Shown here: positions 17,702 through 26,493 of the stretch, piece by piece
Numbering within the stretch: the first letter of the stretch is position 1
How the letters are laid out: each line of letters opens with the position of its first letter
Assembly (NCBI GenBank): GCA_030642525.1
Contig: DAOWNO010000001.1
Location: 1-31,497, forward strand
DNA from: Candidatus Aegiribacteria sp.
GTDB taxonomy: Bacteria > Fermentibacterota > Fermentibacteria > Fermentibacterales > JCC-6
Length of the DNA stretch: 31,497 nt
Direction: 5' to 3'
The notes under the pieces: generated by a model
What the model was told of the DNA's origin: nothing
Seen by the model: only the letters and a program-made list of their open reading frames with translations
The model's database searches: none
Translations under genes and position numbers: made by a program

Positions 17702-18473
17702 ACATTGCATGGATGCGATAGTCGAACTCATTGATATCGTCAGAACACTCAGAAGTCCTGAGGGGTGCAGCTGGGATCGAAAACAGACAGTGGAATCTCT
17801 CTGTCCCTACATGCTTGAAGAAGCATATGAAGTTGCCGACGCAATTGAAAAGAAAGATATGAATCTTCTGAGAGCAGAACTTGGAGATCTGCTGCTGCAT
17901 GTAATCATGTCTGCGATGATCTGTGAGGAAGGCGGGATGTTTTCGCTGAAGGATGTTGTAAATGGCATTTCCATGAAACTTGTTCGAAGACATCCTCATG
18001 TATTCGGTAAAAACAGGGATGATCTTTCCCCCGAAGAAGTCGAAAAACAGTGGGAGGCAATTAAGGCATTTGAGAAGAAGAAAGAAGGTTTCTTCAGCTC
18101 TGTTCCATCAGGCATGCCCGCTCTTCAGACAGCCTGGAGAATACAGCAGAGAGCATCAGAGGTTGGTTTCGACTGGCCTGATGCTTCGGGGGCTAAAAGT
18201 AAGATATTCGAAGAATTCGAAGAATTTGAAGCTGCAATTGAAAACGGGGATACAGATGCTCAGAAAATAGAGTTTGGAGATATTCTATTCAGCATAGTGA
18301 ACTATTGCAGACTGCTTGGTTTAGAACCGGAAGCTGTTCTAAGAATGAGCAATACAAAGTTTATTGAAAGATTCACTCAGATGGAGAGGATTCTGGCAGA
18401 ATCAGGGTGCTCGCTGGATGAGTCAGATACTGATATGATGGAAAACGCATGGGATAAAGCAAAATTCCTGTAG
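17694..18473 (+). CDS. mazG: Nucleoside triphosphate pyrophosphohydrolase MazG (two-domain)
   Basis: LRSPEGCSWDRKQT, EEAYEV, ELGDLLLHV, KLVRRHPHVF, KIQ-like RIQQRASEVGFDW, EFGDILF. ATG 17694 follows GGGAG and overlaps the lpdA end by 8 nt. Confidence 0.95.
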   Translation: MAEHCMDAIVELIDIVRTLRSPEGCSWDRKQTVESLCPYMLEEAYEVADAIEKKDMNLLRAELGDLLLHVIMSAMICEEGGMFSLKDVVNGISMKLVRRHPHVFGKNRDDLSPEEVEKQWEAIKAFEKKKEGFFSSVPSGMPALQTAWRIQQRASEVGFDWPDASGAKSKIFEEFEEFEAAIENGDTDAQKIEFGDILFSIVNYCRLLGLEPEAVLRMSNTKFIERFTQMERILAESGCSLDESDTDMMENAWDKAKFL

Positions 18474-18490
18474 CATAATGATGGTTCAGT

Positions 18491-19825
18491 TCATTTGTTT
18501 CTTTTGTGGATGTACATTTGCTTATCCGCTTCAACCAGGGTTTCACGGATTGATATACCTGTGGTGGGATCCCAGTGAGCATTCCCGATAGAGAGTGTAA
18601 CCGGTGTGCCGATGATATTTGTAGTTACCTCCGCAAGTTGTGAATTCTCCAGAATCCTCTCCCGTACCACTGTTGCTGTCAGACCTGTTTCTATCAGAAT
18701 AAGAAGAAATTCGTCTCCTCCGTAACGAATCAGGAAATCTGTTTCTCTGATGGAATTACCCAGAAATATTGCAACTTCCTTCAGGATTCTGTCACCTGTC
18801 TGATGTCCATAGAGATCATTTATCTGTTTGAAATTGTCTATATCAACAATCAGGAATCCAATCCTGCTGTTGTATCTTTCAGCACGCATCTTTTCACGGC
18901 TTATGGCTATCTGGAAGAAATTCCTGTTGAATACTCCTGTAAGAGAATCATGAATAGCCAGATTTCTCAGTTTTCGCTCAAGAGTGATTCTCTCAATGGT
19001 TCCTGAAAGATGGCCCGCAAGCATCTCAAACATATCCGTGTCGTCATTGGTGAACGCATTCGGTTCTCTTGAGAGTATCTGGAATACTGCTTCTGATGCG
19101 ATCGGAATCGTGATGCCGGATCTGAACACATCATCCTCAGCATTGCTGCCAGGCATATCATCATGGCTTTCAAACTGAAAGGTTCGCTTTTCGGCAAAGG
19201 TCATGCCGGTAAGACCAAAATCGAGATCTGTCTCGCTTCCAATTTTTTCACTCAGTTCCGAAGAAGTCGTTACCGTGATAAGAATGCCATCCTGCTCCTG
19301 GAATATCTGGTACAGGGCAGTACTCAAGAGTAATTCCGCTGCCCTTATCGTAATCTTGAATGCTTTCATCTTCATTGTACAGGTTTCAAGTTTTGAAGCG
19401 GTATCATGAAGTATTCTCAGTCTGCGTCTGGTCAGGCGCAGCTGCCAGTCAAGATGTTTTCGTTCTATGGAGTGCCTGATGGCTCGGGAAAGATTTTCCG
19501 GATCAAGTTTGTTCTTTGCGAGAAATTCCTGTGCGCCTGCTTTCATACAGTTGAGTTCCAGCTTTTGATCATCAAGTCCGGTGAGGACTATTAATGGAGT
19601 CTTTGTGGCATTTTTGCATATTTCAAAGGTTATTTCTTCACATGAACAGTCCGGCAGGTTGAGAGAAGATATGATTACATCAAATGAACCATCTGATATC
19701 CGTTTCAATGCGGCATCAAGAGATTCTGATCTTTCGATGTGGAATCGATTTGAAGTGATGTTTCTCAGTGTCTTCCTTATATATCTGGCATCCTCGAGAT
19801 TGTCTTCTATCAGCAACAGATTCAA
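18491..19825 (-). CDS. Diguanylate cyclase: atypical receiver + GAF-like + GGDEF
   Basis: REC fold LLLIEDN..DVIISSLNLPD..LIVLTG..AQEFLAK; DSLTGVFNR, DIDNFKQINDLYGHQTGD, RETD I-site, RYGGDEF. Confidence 0.93.
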   Translation of the reverse strand: MNLLLIEDNLEDARYIRKTLRNITSNRFHIERSESLDAALKRISDGSFDVIISSLNLPDCSCEEITFEICKNATKTPLIVLTGLDDQKLELNCMKAGAQEFLAKNKLDPENLSRAIRHSIERKHLDWQLRLTRRRLRILHDTASKLETCTMKMKAFKITIRAAELLLSTALYQIFQEQDGILITVTTSSELSEKIGSETDLDFGLTGMTFAEKRTFQFESHDDMPGSNAEDDVFRSGITIPIASEAVFQILSREPNAFTNDDTDMFEMLAGHLSGTIERITLERKLRNLAIHDSLTGVFNRNFFQIAISREKMRAERYNSRIGFLIVDIDNFKQINDLYGHQTGDRILKEVAIFLGNSIRETDFLIRYGGDEFLLILIETGLTATVVRERILENSQLAEVTTNIIGTPVTLSIGNAHWDPTTGISIRETLVEADKQMYIHKRNK

Positions 19826-19985
19826 TGAAGGATCTATTATGCAACCTTCGCATTCTTAATTAATGACCAATTATATACTATAAACGCATATTATTTATAA
19901 TATCCAAAAATCAAGCATCTCATTCTTCCGGAATCTTGATCATAAGGATTCTATAACCCGGTATATAATAGAGAACAGATACTTC

Positions 19986-21035
19986 GTGTCGTCAAGAAGC
20001 CTTGAAATCAGCTGCAATTCTGATAGGCTTGACTTCAACAAAGTAACATACAATCCTATTCCAATGCATTCGACTATTATAACTTTATGTTCAAATCCTC
20101 TGGTTGAATTATCCGGGCTGATCTTCTCACTTCTGACCCCTTTGTCATTTGCCGCATCAAGTGAGTTGTCAGCGGAATTTGAACAGGCGAAAGGTAATTC
20201 TCTTCATGGAATACAGTTGCCCGCCGGTTACACAGCTTCGGTATTCTGTATTGATGTGAATGGCGCGGACGGGCTCGCATTATCTTCCTCAGGGGATATT
20301 TATGCGGTCTCTGAAGCTGATGGCTGTATCTACAAAATTGATGAGAATGGCTGTAAAGAAAGTATTGCTGATGGATTCAGGAATCCTGAAGGAATAGCAG
20401 TAAGCGGATCAGGAATGATTTATATTGTCGAGGACATCGAGGAAGGCCGTTTGATTGGAATAACTCCGTCAGGTGATACGGAGGTTATCACTGAAGATCT
20501 CTCCTTCCCGGAGGGAGTTGCGGTTACAAGGGATGGCAATGTTCTGATTACCGAATCCTCAATCGAATCGGAATTGTTATTTCCCATTTTCTCAGAGGTC
20601 AAGCAGGTAAATTCGGAAGGTCTTCATTCTATTTACTCATCGCTTTATCTCTGGAGCTTATCGGATATTGCCGTAGACAGCTCCGGGACTATATATGTGT
20701 GTAATGAGCTGTCGGGCTATGGTTTCATAACGGCGTCCGTCATTCGAATTGATCCCTCCGATGGATCCTGGAGTGTTTTCTGCAGGGGGCTTCATGCATG
20801 TGAGGGTATATGCTTTGATGTTAATGGAGCGTTTCCGATGTATGTTGTCGAGGAGGATACAGGAGATGGTTCCGGAAGGATCAGTGTTGTCGATGAAGAT
20901 GGTGTTGCCACCGTATTTGGCTCCGGTTTTCAGAATCTTGAGGATATCGTGGTGGACAGATCAGGCAGGATCTATGTGAGTGAGGATACCAGTGGCAGAA
21001 TTATTCTCATTCGAAAGAAAACTCATGAAGGTTAA
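19986..21035 (+). CDS. NHL/SMP-30-like beta-propeller protein, probably exported
   Basis: Six repeats: ADGLALSSSGDIYAVSE, PEGIAVSGSGMIYIVED, PEGVAVTRDGNVLITES, LSDIAVDSSGTIYVCNE, CEGICFDVNG..MYVVEE, LEDIVVDRSGRIYVSED. Start uncertain; ATG 20064 is plausible. Confidence 0.8.
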   Translation: MSSRSLEISCNSDRLDFNKVTYNPIPMHSTIITLCSNPLVELSGLIFSLLTPLSFAASSELSAEFEQAKGNSLHGIQLPAGYTASVFCIDVNGADGLALSSSGDIYAVSEADGCIYKIDENGCKESIADGFRNPEGIAVSGSGMIYIVEDIEEGRLIGITPSGDTEVITEDLSFPEGVAVTRDGNVLITESSIESELLFPIFSEVKQVNSEGLHSIYSSLYLWSLSDIAVDSSGTIYVCNELSGYGFITASVIRIDPSDGSWSVFCRGLHACEGICFDVNGAFPMYVVEEDTGDGSGRISVVDEDGVATVFGSGFQNLEDIVVDRSGRIYVSEDTSGRIILIRKKTHEG

Positions 21036-21104
21036 TAGCCTGGAATTGTCATAGCCCGCAAATTTCACTATTCTGCAACGAATATTACTGAATGGGGGAT
21101 TCGA

Positions 21105-22637
21105 GTGTCCAGACTTGACGATTTAAGAACAGAAGCGCTTAAAGGCGGCGGAGAGAAGAAGATCCAGAAGCGTCGTGAATCCGGCAAACTTACTGCACGG
21201 GAACGACTTCATCTCCTTCTGGACACCGATACGTTTCATGAAATTGGTATGCTGGTTACTCATAACTGTTACGATTTCGGTATGGATGGAAAAAGGATTC
21301 CAGGTGATGGCGTTGTTACCGGGTATGGTACTATTCATGGTCGAAATGTGTATGCGTACGCGGAGGATTTCACGATTTTCGGTGGATCTCTGTCAAAAGC
21401 TGTCGCTGACAAGATATCACGTATTCAGGATCTTGCTCTGAAGAACGGTTCACCCATTATCGCCATAAAAGATTCCGGAGGAGCACGTATCCAGGAGGGA
21501 GTCAATTCCCTTGCGGGGTACGGGGATATATTTTTCAACAATGTAAAAGCCTCAGGTGTTATTCCCCAGATATCAGCGATAATGGGACCATGTGCGGGAG
21601 GAGCAGTCTATTCTCCGGCACTTACAGATTTCGTTTTCATGGTTGATCATTCAGGATACATGTTTCTGACAGGACCTGATGTTATTCGTGAGGTTACACA
21701 TGAAGATGTGACTTTTGAAGAACTTGGTGGTGCAGTTGCACATAGCACGAAAAGCGGTATTTCTCATTTTGCCGTGGAGTCCGAGGAAAAATGTCTGGCA
21801 ATGATCAGGGAGCTTTTGACATACCTTCCGCAGAACAATATCGACGATCCACCTCAGATTGAATGTATCGATTCCATCGACAGAAGTGATGAATCACTTG
21901 ATTCAATAGTGCCGTCCGATTCTTCCAGGCCATACGATATGATGACAGTGCTGAAATCAGTAGTGGACGATGGTGCAATATTTGAAATTCAATCCGGATT
22001 TGCTCCAAACATGATTATCGGTCTGGCCAGAATGGATGGCAAACCGGTTGGTCTTGTTGCCAATCAGCCTGCTGTTCTTGCGGGAGTGCTCGATACTTTG
22101 TCTTCAGCTAAAGCCGCTCGATTTATCAGGTTCTGCGACTGCTTCAACATACCTCTATTAGTGTTTGAAGACGCGCCGGGATTCCTGCCGGGAGTTGATC
22201 AGGAGCATGCCGGAGTAATAAGAGAAGGCGCTAAACTGCTGTTTGCTTTCTGCGAGGCCACGATTCCAAGGATAACGGTGGTCACAAGAAAAGCATTTGG
22301 AGGCGCTTACATAGCCATGAATTCCAAGAATATCGGGGCGGATATCAATTTTGCCTGGCCTACGGGACAGATCGCTGTGATGGGAGCGAAAGGAGCCGTG
22401 AAGATTCTGTTCAAAAGGGATATCGCCACGGATGAGGACCCCGAAGCAAAGCGTCAGTTGCTCATAGATGAATACAACGAGAAATTCAGTAATCCTTTTG
22501 TTTCCGCGGAAATGGGATTTATTGACGAAGTAATAAAACCGCACGAAACAAGACCCAGGCTTATCGCAGCCCTCAGGACACTATCCGGTAAACGTGTCAG
22601 TAATCCGCCTAAGAAGCACTGTAATGGGCCTATATAA
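21105..22637 (+). CDS. pccB: Acyl-CoA carboxylase carboxyltransferase subunit (propionyl-CoA carboxylase beta-like)
   Basis: GKLTARERL, PGDGVVTGYG, DFTIFGGSL, DSGGARIQEG, GPCAGGAVYSPALTDF, PGFLPG, RKAFGGAY, GFIDEVI. Confidence 0.9.
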   Translation: MSRLDDLRTEALKGGGEKKIQKRRESGKLTARERLHLLLDTDTFHEIGMLVTHNCYDFGMDGKRIPGDGVVTGYGTIHGRNVYAYAEDFTIFGGSLSKAVADKISRIQDLALKNGSPIIAIKDSGGARIQEGVNSLAGYGDIFFNNVKASGVIPQISAIMGPCAGGAVYSPALTDFVFMVDHSGYMFLTGPDVIREVTHEDVTFEELGGAVAHSTKSGISHFAVESEEKCLAMIRELLTYLPQNNIDDPPQIECIDSIDRSDESLDSIVPSDSSRPYDMMTVLKSVVDDGAIFEIQSGFAPNMIIGLARMDGKPVGLVANQPAVLAGVLDTLSSAKAARFIRFCDCFNIPLLVFEDAPGFLPGVDQEHAGVIREGAKLLFAFCEATIPRITVVTRKAFGGAYIAMNSKNIGADINFAWPTGQIAVMGAKGAVKILFKRDIATDEDPEAKRQLLIDEYNEKFSNPFVSAEMGFIDEVIKPHETRPRLIAALRTLSGKRVSNPPKKHCNGPI

Positions 22638-24130
22638 TGGAAATCAAAAGAATTCTTATCGCGAACAGGGGTGAAATTGCTGTTCGAATCGCCCGTGCCT
22701 GTTACGAGCTGGGCATTACTTCAGTAGCTGTATTCTCAGAGGCTGACAGATCGGCAAAACATGTTCGATACGCTGACGAAGCATATGAAATTGGCCCTCC
22801 TCCTTCCGGACAGAGTTACCTTGTTATTGAGAAAATCATAGAGACTGCGGTGAAGTCCAATTGCCAGGCAGTTCATCCGGGATACGGATTTCTGGCCGAG
22901 AATCCATTGCTGCCCGAAGCCTGCTCCGAAGCCGGGCTGATCTTTATCGGGCCGTCTCACCAGGCTATGGCTCTCCTGGGAAACAAGACTGAAGCCAGAA
23001 AATTGATGAAGAAGTCGGGGATTCCAATTATACCAGGGGTTATGGAGCCGCTGGCAACCGCAGATGAGGCAGTTTCCGCTGCCTGCACAATTGGTTATCC
23101 GGTTCTGCTGAAAGCTACGGCGGGTGGCGGAGGAAAAGGCGTCAGGGTAGTTGAATCACCGGACAAGCTGAGATCTGCTTTTGAGCGGGCTCAGGCTGAG
23201 GCTCTTTCCGCCTTCGGTAATCCCGATATTTATCTTGAGAAATTTATGCTGAAACCGAGACATATAGAAATACAGATCCTTGCTGATGAACACGGAAACG
23301 TAATCCATCTTAATGAGCGTGAATGTTCTGTCCAGAGACGTTATCAGAAACTGGTGGAGGAGTCTCCCAGCTGCATTGTTGATGAAGATCTGAGAAAAAG
23401 AATGGGTGAAGCTGCAGTGGAAGCTATCAGAGTATCAGGCTACACCAATGCGGGGACCGTTGAATTTCTTGTCGATTCCGACAGAAAATTCTTCTTCCTT
23501 GAAGTAAACGCACGGCTTCAGGTGGAACACCCTGTAACCGAACTCATTACCGGTGTGGATATTGTGAAGGAACAGATAAGAATCGCGTCCGGAGAACGAC
23601 TTTCCCTGAAACAGACGGATATAGGGATTAATGGAGCGGCAATAGAATGCAGAATATCCGCTGAAGATCCTGAAACGTTTCTTCCGTCCGTGGGGCTTAT
23701 CAGAGAGCTTATTGAACCCTCCGGACCTGGAATAAGAGTTGAATCAGGAATAGCTGAAGAATACGATGTTCCGGTCTATTATGATCCCCTTCTCTCCAAG
23801 GTCATATCATGGGGAAAGGACAGGGAAGAGGCAATCGTTCGAATGCTTCGGGCACTGAACGAATACAAGATAAAGGGGGTTAAAACCACAATTCCCTTCC
23901 ATAGAAGAGTTCTTGTGAACGAGGCTTTTGTCAGCGGGAATTATGACACGGGAATTGTCTCACAAATCGAACATACGGAAACGAGGGATTATCTTGAAAT
24001 CGCAGCGATTTCAGCTGCCATAGTCGCAATGACCGATGAACAGGTGAAATTCACTTCTGCTGCGCAGAAGACTGAGGCATGGAAACTGTCGGGAAGGATT
24101 TATGGTGGCATACGTAGTATCGGATGGTAA
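22637..24130 (+). CDS. accC: Biotin carboxylase subunit
   Basis: ILIANRGEIAVRI, HPGYGFLAEN, KATAGGGGKG, RHIEIQ, RECSVQRRYQKLVEE, FLEVNARLQVEHPVTE, ECRISAED, YYDPLLSKVI. Confidence 0.95.
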   Translation: MEIKRILIANRGEIAVRIARACYELGITSVAVFSEADRSAKHVRYADEAYEIGPPPSGQSYLVIEKIIETAVKSNCQAVHPGYGFLAENPLLPEACSEAGLIFIGPSHQAMALLGNKTEARKLMKKSGIPIIPGVMEPLATADEAVSAACTIGYPVLLKATAGGGGKGVRVVESPDKLRSAFERAQAEALSAFGNPDIYLEKFMLKPRHIEIQILADEHGNVIHLNERECSVQRRYQKLVEESPSCIVDEDLRKRMGEAAVEAIRVSGYTNAGTVEFLVDSDRKFFFLEVNARLQVEHPVTELITGVDIVKEQIRIASGERLSLKQTDIGINGAAIECRISAEDPETFLPSVGLIRELIEPSGPGIRVESGIAEEYDVPVYYDPLLSKVISWGKDREEAIVRMLRALNEYKIKGVKTTIPFHRRVLVNEAFVSGNYDTGIVSQIEHTETRDYLEIAAISAAIVAMTDEQVKFTSAAQKTEAWKLSGRIYGGIRSIGW

Positions 24131-24614
24131 TCACACTCTGAGAGTGGAGGCCACTCGACTTGAAGTTCGCCCTCATGATGAATTGTTTCAAATGGAAATC
24201 GACGGAAAAAAGAAGATTGTCAGTATTTCGAGAATATCTCCCGCCCATCTTTCCATTATCATCGACGGTAAATCCTTCAATGTGGAAGTGGAGCGTTTCG
24301 AAAAGGAATATCAGGTTTCCACAAGAGGAGAGGTTTACAATTTCAGTGTAATTGATGAGCGGGAAGCAACGATCTCTTTGGAACAGTCGGAGAGTGGCGA
24401 GAAGGTTGTCAAAGCTCCCATGCCGGGCCTCGTTGTCGAAATTGTTGTCAGAGAAGGTGATCAGGTAAAGGCGGGAGATACTCTGCTTGTTCTTGAAGCA
24501 ATGAAAATGCAGAATGAAATAACCGCTCCCGCTTCCGGAGTAATACTTAATGTCTCCGTGAAATCGGGTGCCACAGTTAATTCCGGAGATGACCTCCTGG
24601 TGCTGGACATCTGA
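24102..24614 (+). CDS. accB: Biotin carboxyl carrier protein with N-terminal BT-like extension
   Basis: KAPMPGLVV and the biotinylation motif EAMKMQNEI; about 95 extra beta-rich N-terminal residues; AAGGA SD inside the upstream gene. Confidence 0.92.
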   Translation: MVAYVVSDGNHTLRVEATRLEVRPHDELFQMEIDGKKKIVSISRISPAHLSIIIDGKSFNVEVERFEKEYQVSTRGEVYNFSVIDEREATISLEQSESGEKVVKAPMPGLVVEIVVREGDQVKAGDTLLVLEAMKMQNEITAPASGVILNVSVKSGATVNSGDDLLVLDI

Positions 24615-26480
24615 TTAAGGAATCAATCTTCCCGTAATAAGCTCCAGCTCAATCTCGCAGCCCTCTCTAAGAACCTTCAGAATAACCGGAATATCTGTTG
24701 TATCCGGCAGCAGATCGTGTATTTCATTCAATTGTTCAAAGCTTACCTGGTGACCGTCGACTTCCAGAAGAATATCTCCCTTGATAACCCCGGCATCATC
24801 TGCGGGCGATCCTTCTATGACACTGCTGATAACAAGCTCATCCCCCGCGATCTCCAGCCCCATTCCGGTAAGTGTTTCAGGAAGTCCGAAATGGAAGAGG
24901 GCTGAGGGCTCAAGAAGTACTGAAGAGGAATTGTAATTCAGATAAATGATGAATCTGGAGAGAATTCCCGCGCCAAGTATACCATCAAACTGACTGAAGA
25001 TATCACCGCCGTCAAAACTCGAGCATATTCCGCCTGGAACGGTGAAATTCCCAAGTGTTACACTAAAGACACGGAAACCCAGAATTAATTCTTCACCCCC
25101 GATTCCGCGGACTTCAGTTTCAAACGAAGGTCTGTTCTGAAGGAAGTCCGGGTGCTTTTCGAAGAAGCCCGGTGTGAAATGAATGCAGCCTCCCGCGCCT
25201 GTGTCAAGAAGAAGTTTTATCGGAATCGAATCTTCAAGTACAGCTTCTACCGAGAGCAGACTCATTGTTCTCACAGCTGGAAGCACAGTTATATCCGGGG
25301 GAATCAGAAAACTGTCAGGATCAAACAGCGTTATTGTTTCTAATCCGTAATCTATCCTGGTAACAAAGCGGCTCAGGAAATCGTATCCCAGTATCAGATC
25401 GATTCTTTCTCCCGTTGATGGAAAAAATTCCTCAGCAAGCGGTATGACAGCCAGATACTGATCGCTCAGAAGAGCTCCCGCCACGGAATAGGATGGAACT
25501 TTAACAAAGGAAAACTCTCTGGTTCCACCTATTCCCATTACCGGGAGTCTGCCGGATCCTGCAAGCTCCAGATCGGAAGCAAGCGTGCTGTCAAGAACGG
25601 TTGCTCCTGCGCCGCTGTCGAGAAGTATATTAACAGAAGTGCCGTTAACCTCTCCCTGAAGATAGATATGTTCTCCTCTGAGATAGAACGCAGTCGGTAA
25701 ACCTGGATCTTCAAGTTCCCAGTCTCCGCTCCGGGAAATAAGAGTAAAAAGAGATTCCGGAACCGGAATATTGTATTCAGTAAGGATATTCTCTGTTACT
25801 ATTTCCTGACCGAATGCAGGTATTACGCTCCTGCTGGACATGGGGGAGACAATTCCCTGCACCGATTCGTAATTCCCCGTATAGCTCCTTATTTCAAGGC
25901 CCATTGTCTCAGCTGTCATGAGTACAGGGAGCCATGTTACGCGGGAAATGAACATGACAACATCCTGTCCACAGTTCATCTCCAGGGGAACCGCCGGCAC
26001 ATCGCCTATGAGTGTATCTTCGCTGATGGTTATTGTTGATGCGTTGAACAGGTAATCATAGAATATAGTTCTTTTTGAAAGGGCCATTTCGTCATGGGCT
26101 TCTGCTCCTCCTGATGACAGGTGTCCATTTCTGTCGATCATCCAGACACTGTCTCCCAGAATTAATAATTCGTGCTGAACAGGGCCAAGCTTTGTAACAG
26201 AGAATCCCATGAATGGTTCTTTTACCCACCATGACTCAGTTGTCCCTGACAATCCAGCCATCCATAGACTGTCAACAGTATGAATAACCCGAAGATTATC
26301 AATTGCTTCCCGTCCGCCTGCCGCTTCTATGCAGTTTTGAAGTACTTCAGAGACAGGATCGATTTGAGCATCGATATTTTCTTCTGCGGACGCTTCCCTG
26401 CTGGAATCGTTGCTGGATCCACACCCGGTCAGGTTCTGGATAAGCAATATCAGGGCAGTTGCAATGATAAATCGTCTCAT
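24615..26480 (-). CDS. Lipoprotein with two retropepsin-like aspartyl protease domains and a C-terminal PDZ domain
   Basis: Lipobox LTGC at residues 17-20; LLDSGA (Asp codon 25617-25619) and LLDTGA (Asp codon 25203-25205), each followed by an ILG motif; PDZ-like TGMGLE..VISSVIEGSPADDAGVIKGDILLEVDG. Confidence 0.88.
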   Translation of the reverse strand: MRRFIIATALILLIQNLTGCGSSNDSSREASAEENIDAQIDPVSEVLQNCIEAAGGREAIDNLRVIHTVDSLWMAGLSGTTESWWVKEPFMGFSVTKLGPVQHELLILGDSVWMIDRNGHLSSGGAEAHDEMALSKRTIFYDYLFNASTITISEDTLIGDVPAVPLEMNCGQDVVMFISRVTWLPVLMTAETMGLEIRSYTGNYESVQGIVSPMSSRSVIPAFGQEIVTENILTEYNIPVPESLFTLISRSGDWELEDPGLPTAFYLRGEHIYLQGEVNGTSVNILLDSGAGATVLDSTLASDLELAGSGRLPVMGIGGTREFSFVKVPSYSVAGALLSDQYLAVIPLAEEFFPSTGERIDLILGYDFLSRFVTRIDYGLETITLFDPDSFLIPPDITVLPAVRTMSLLSVEAVLEDSIPIKLLLDTGAGGCIHFTPGFFEKHPDFLQNRPSFETEVRGIGGEELILGFRVFSVTLGNFTVPGGICSSFDGGDIFSQFDGILGAGILSRFIIYLNYNSSSVLLEPSALFHFGLPETLTGMGLEIAGDELVISSVIEGSPADDAGVIKGDILLEVDGHQVSFEQLNEIHDLLPDTTDIPVILKVLREGCEIELELITGRLIP

Positions 26481-26493
26481 GAGAAACTCCGAA

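Noticed and set aside
24102-24130. Programmed or artefactual frameshift joining biotin carboxylase and BCCP
   Set aside because: The downstream ORF has its own SD and ATG, and the upstream protein has a complete-looking C-terminus.
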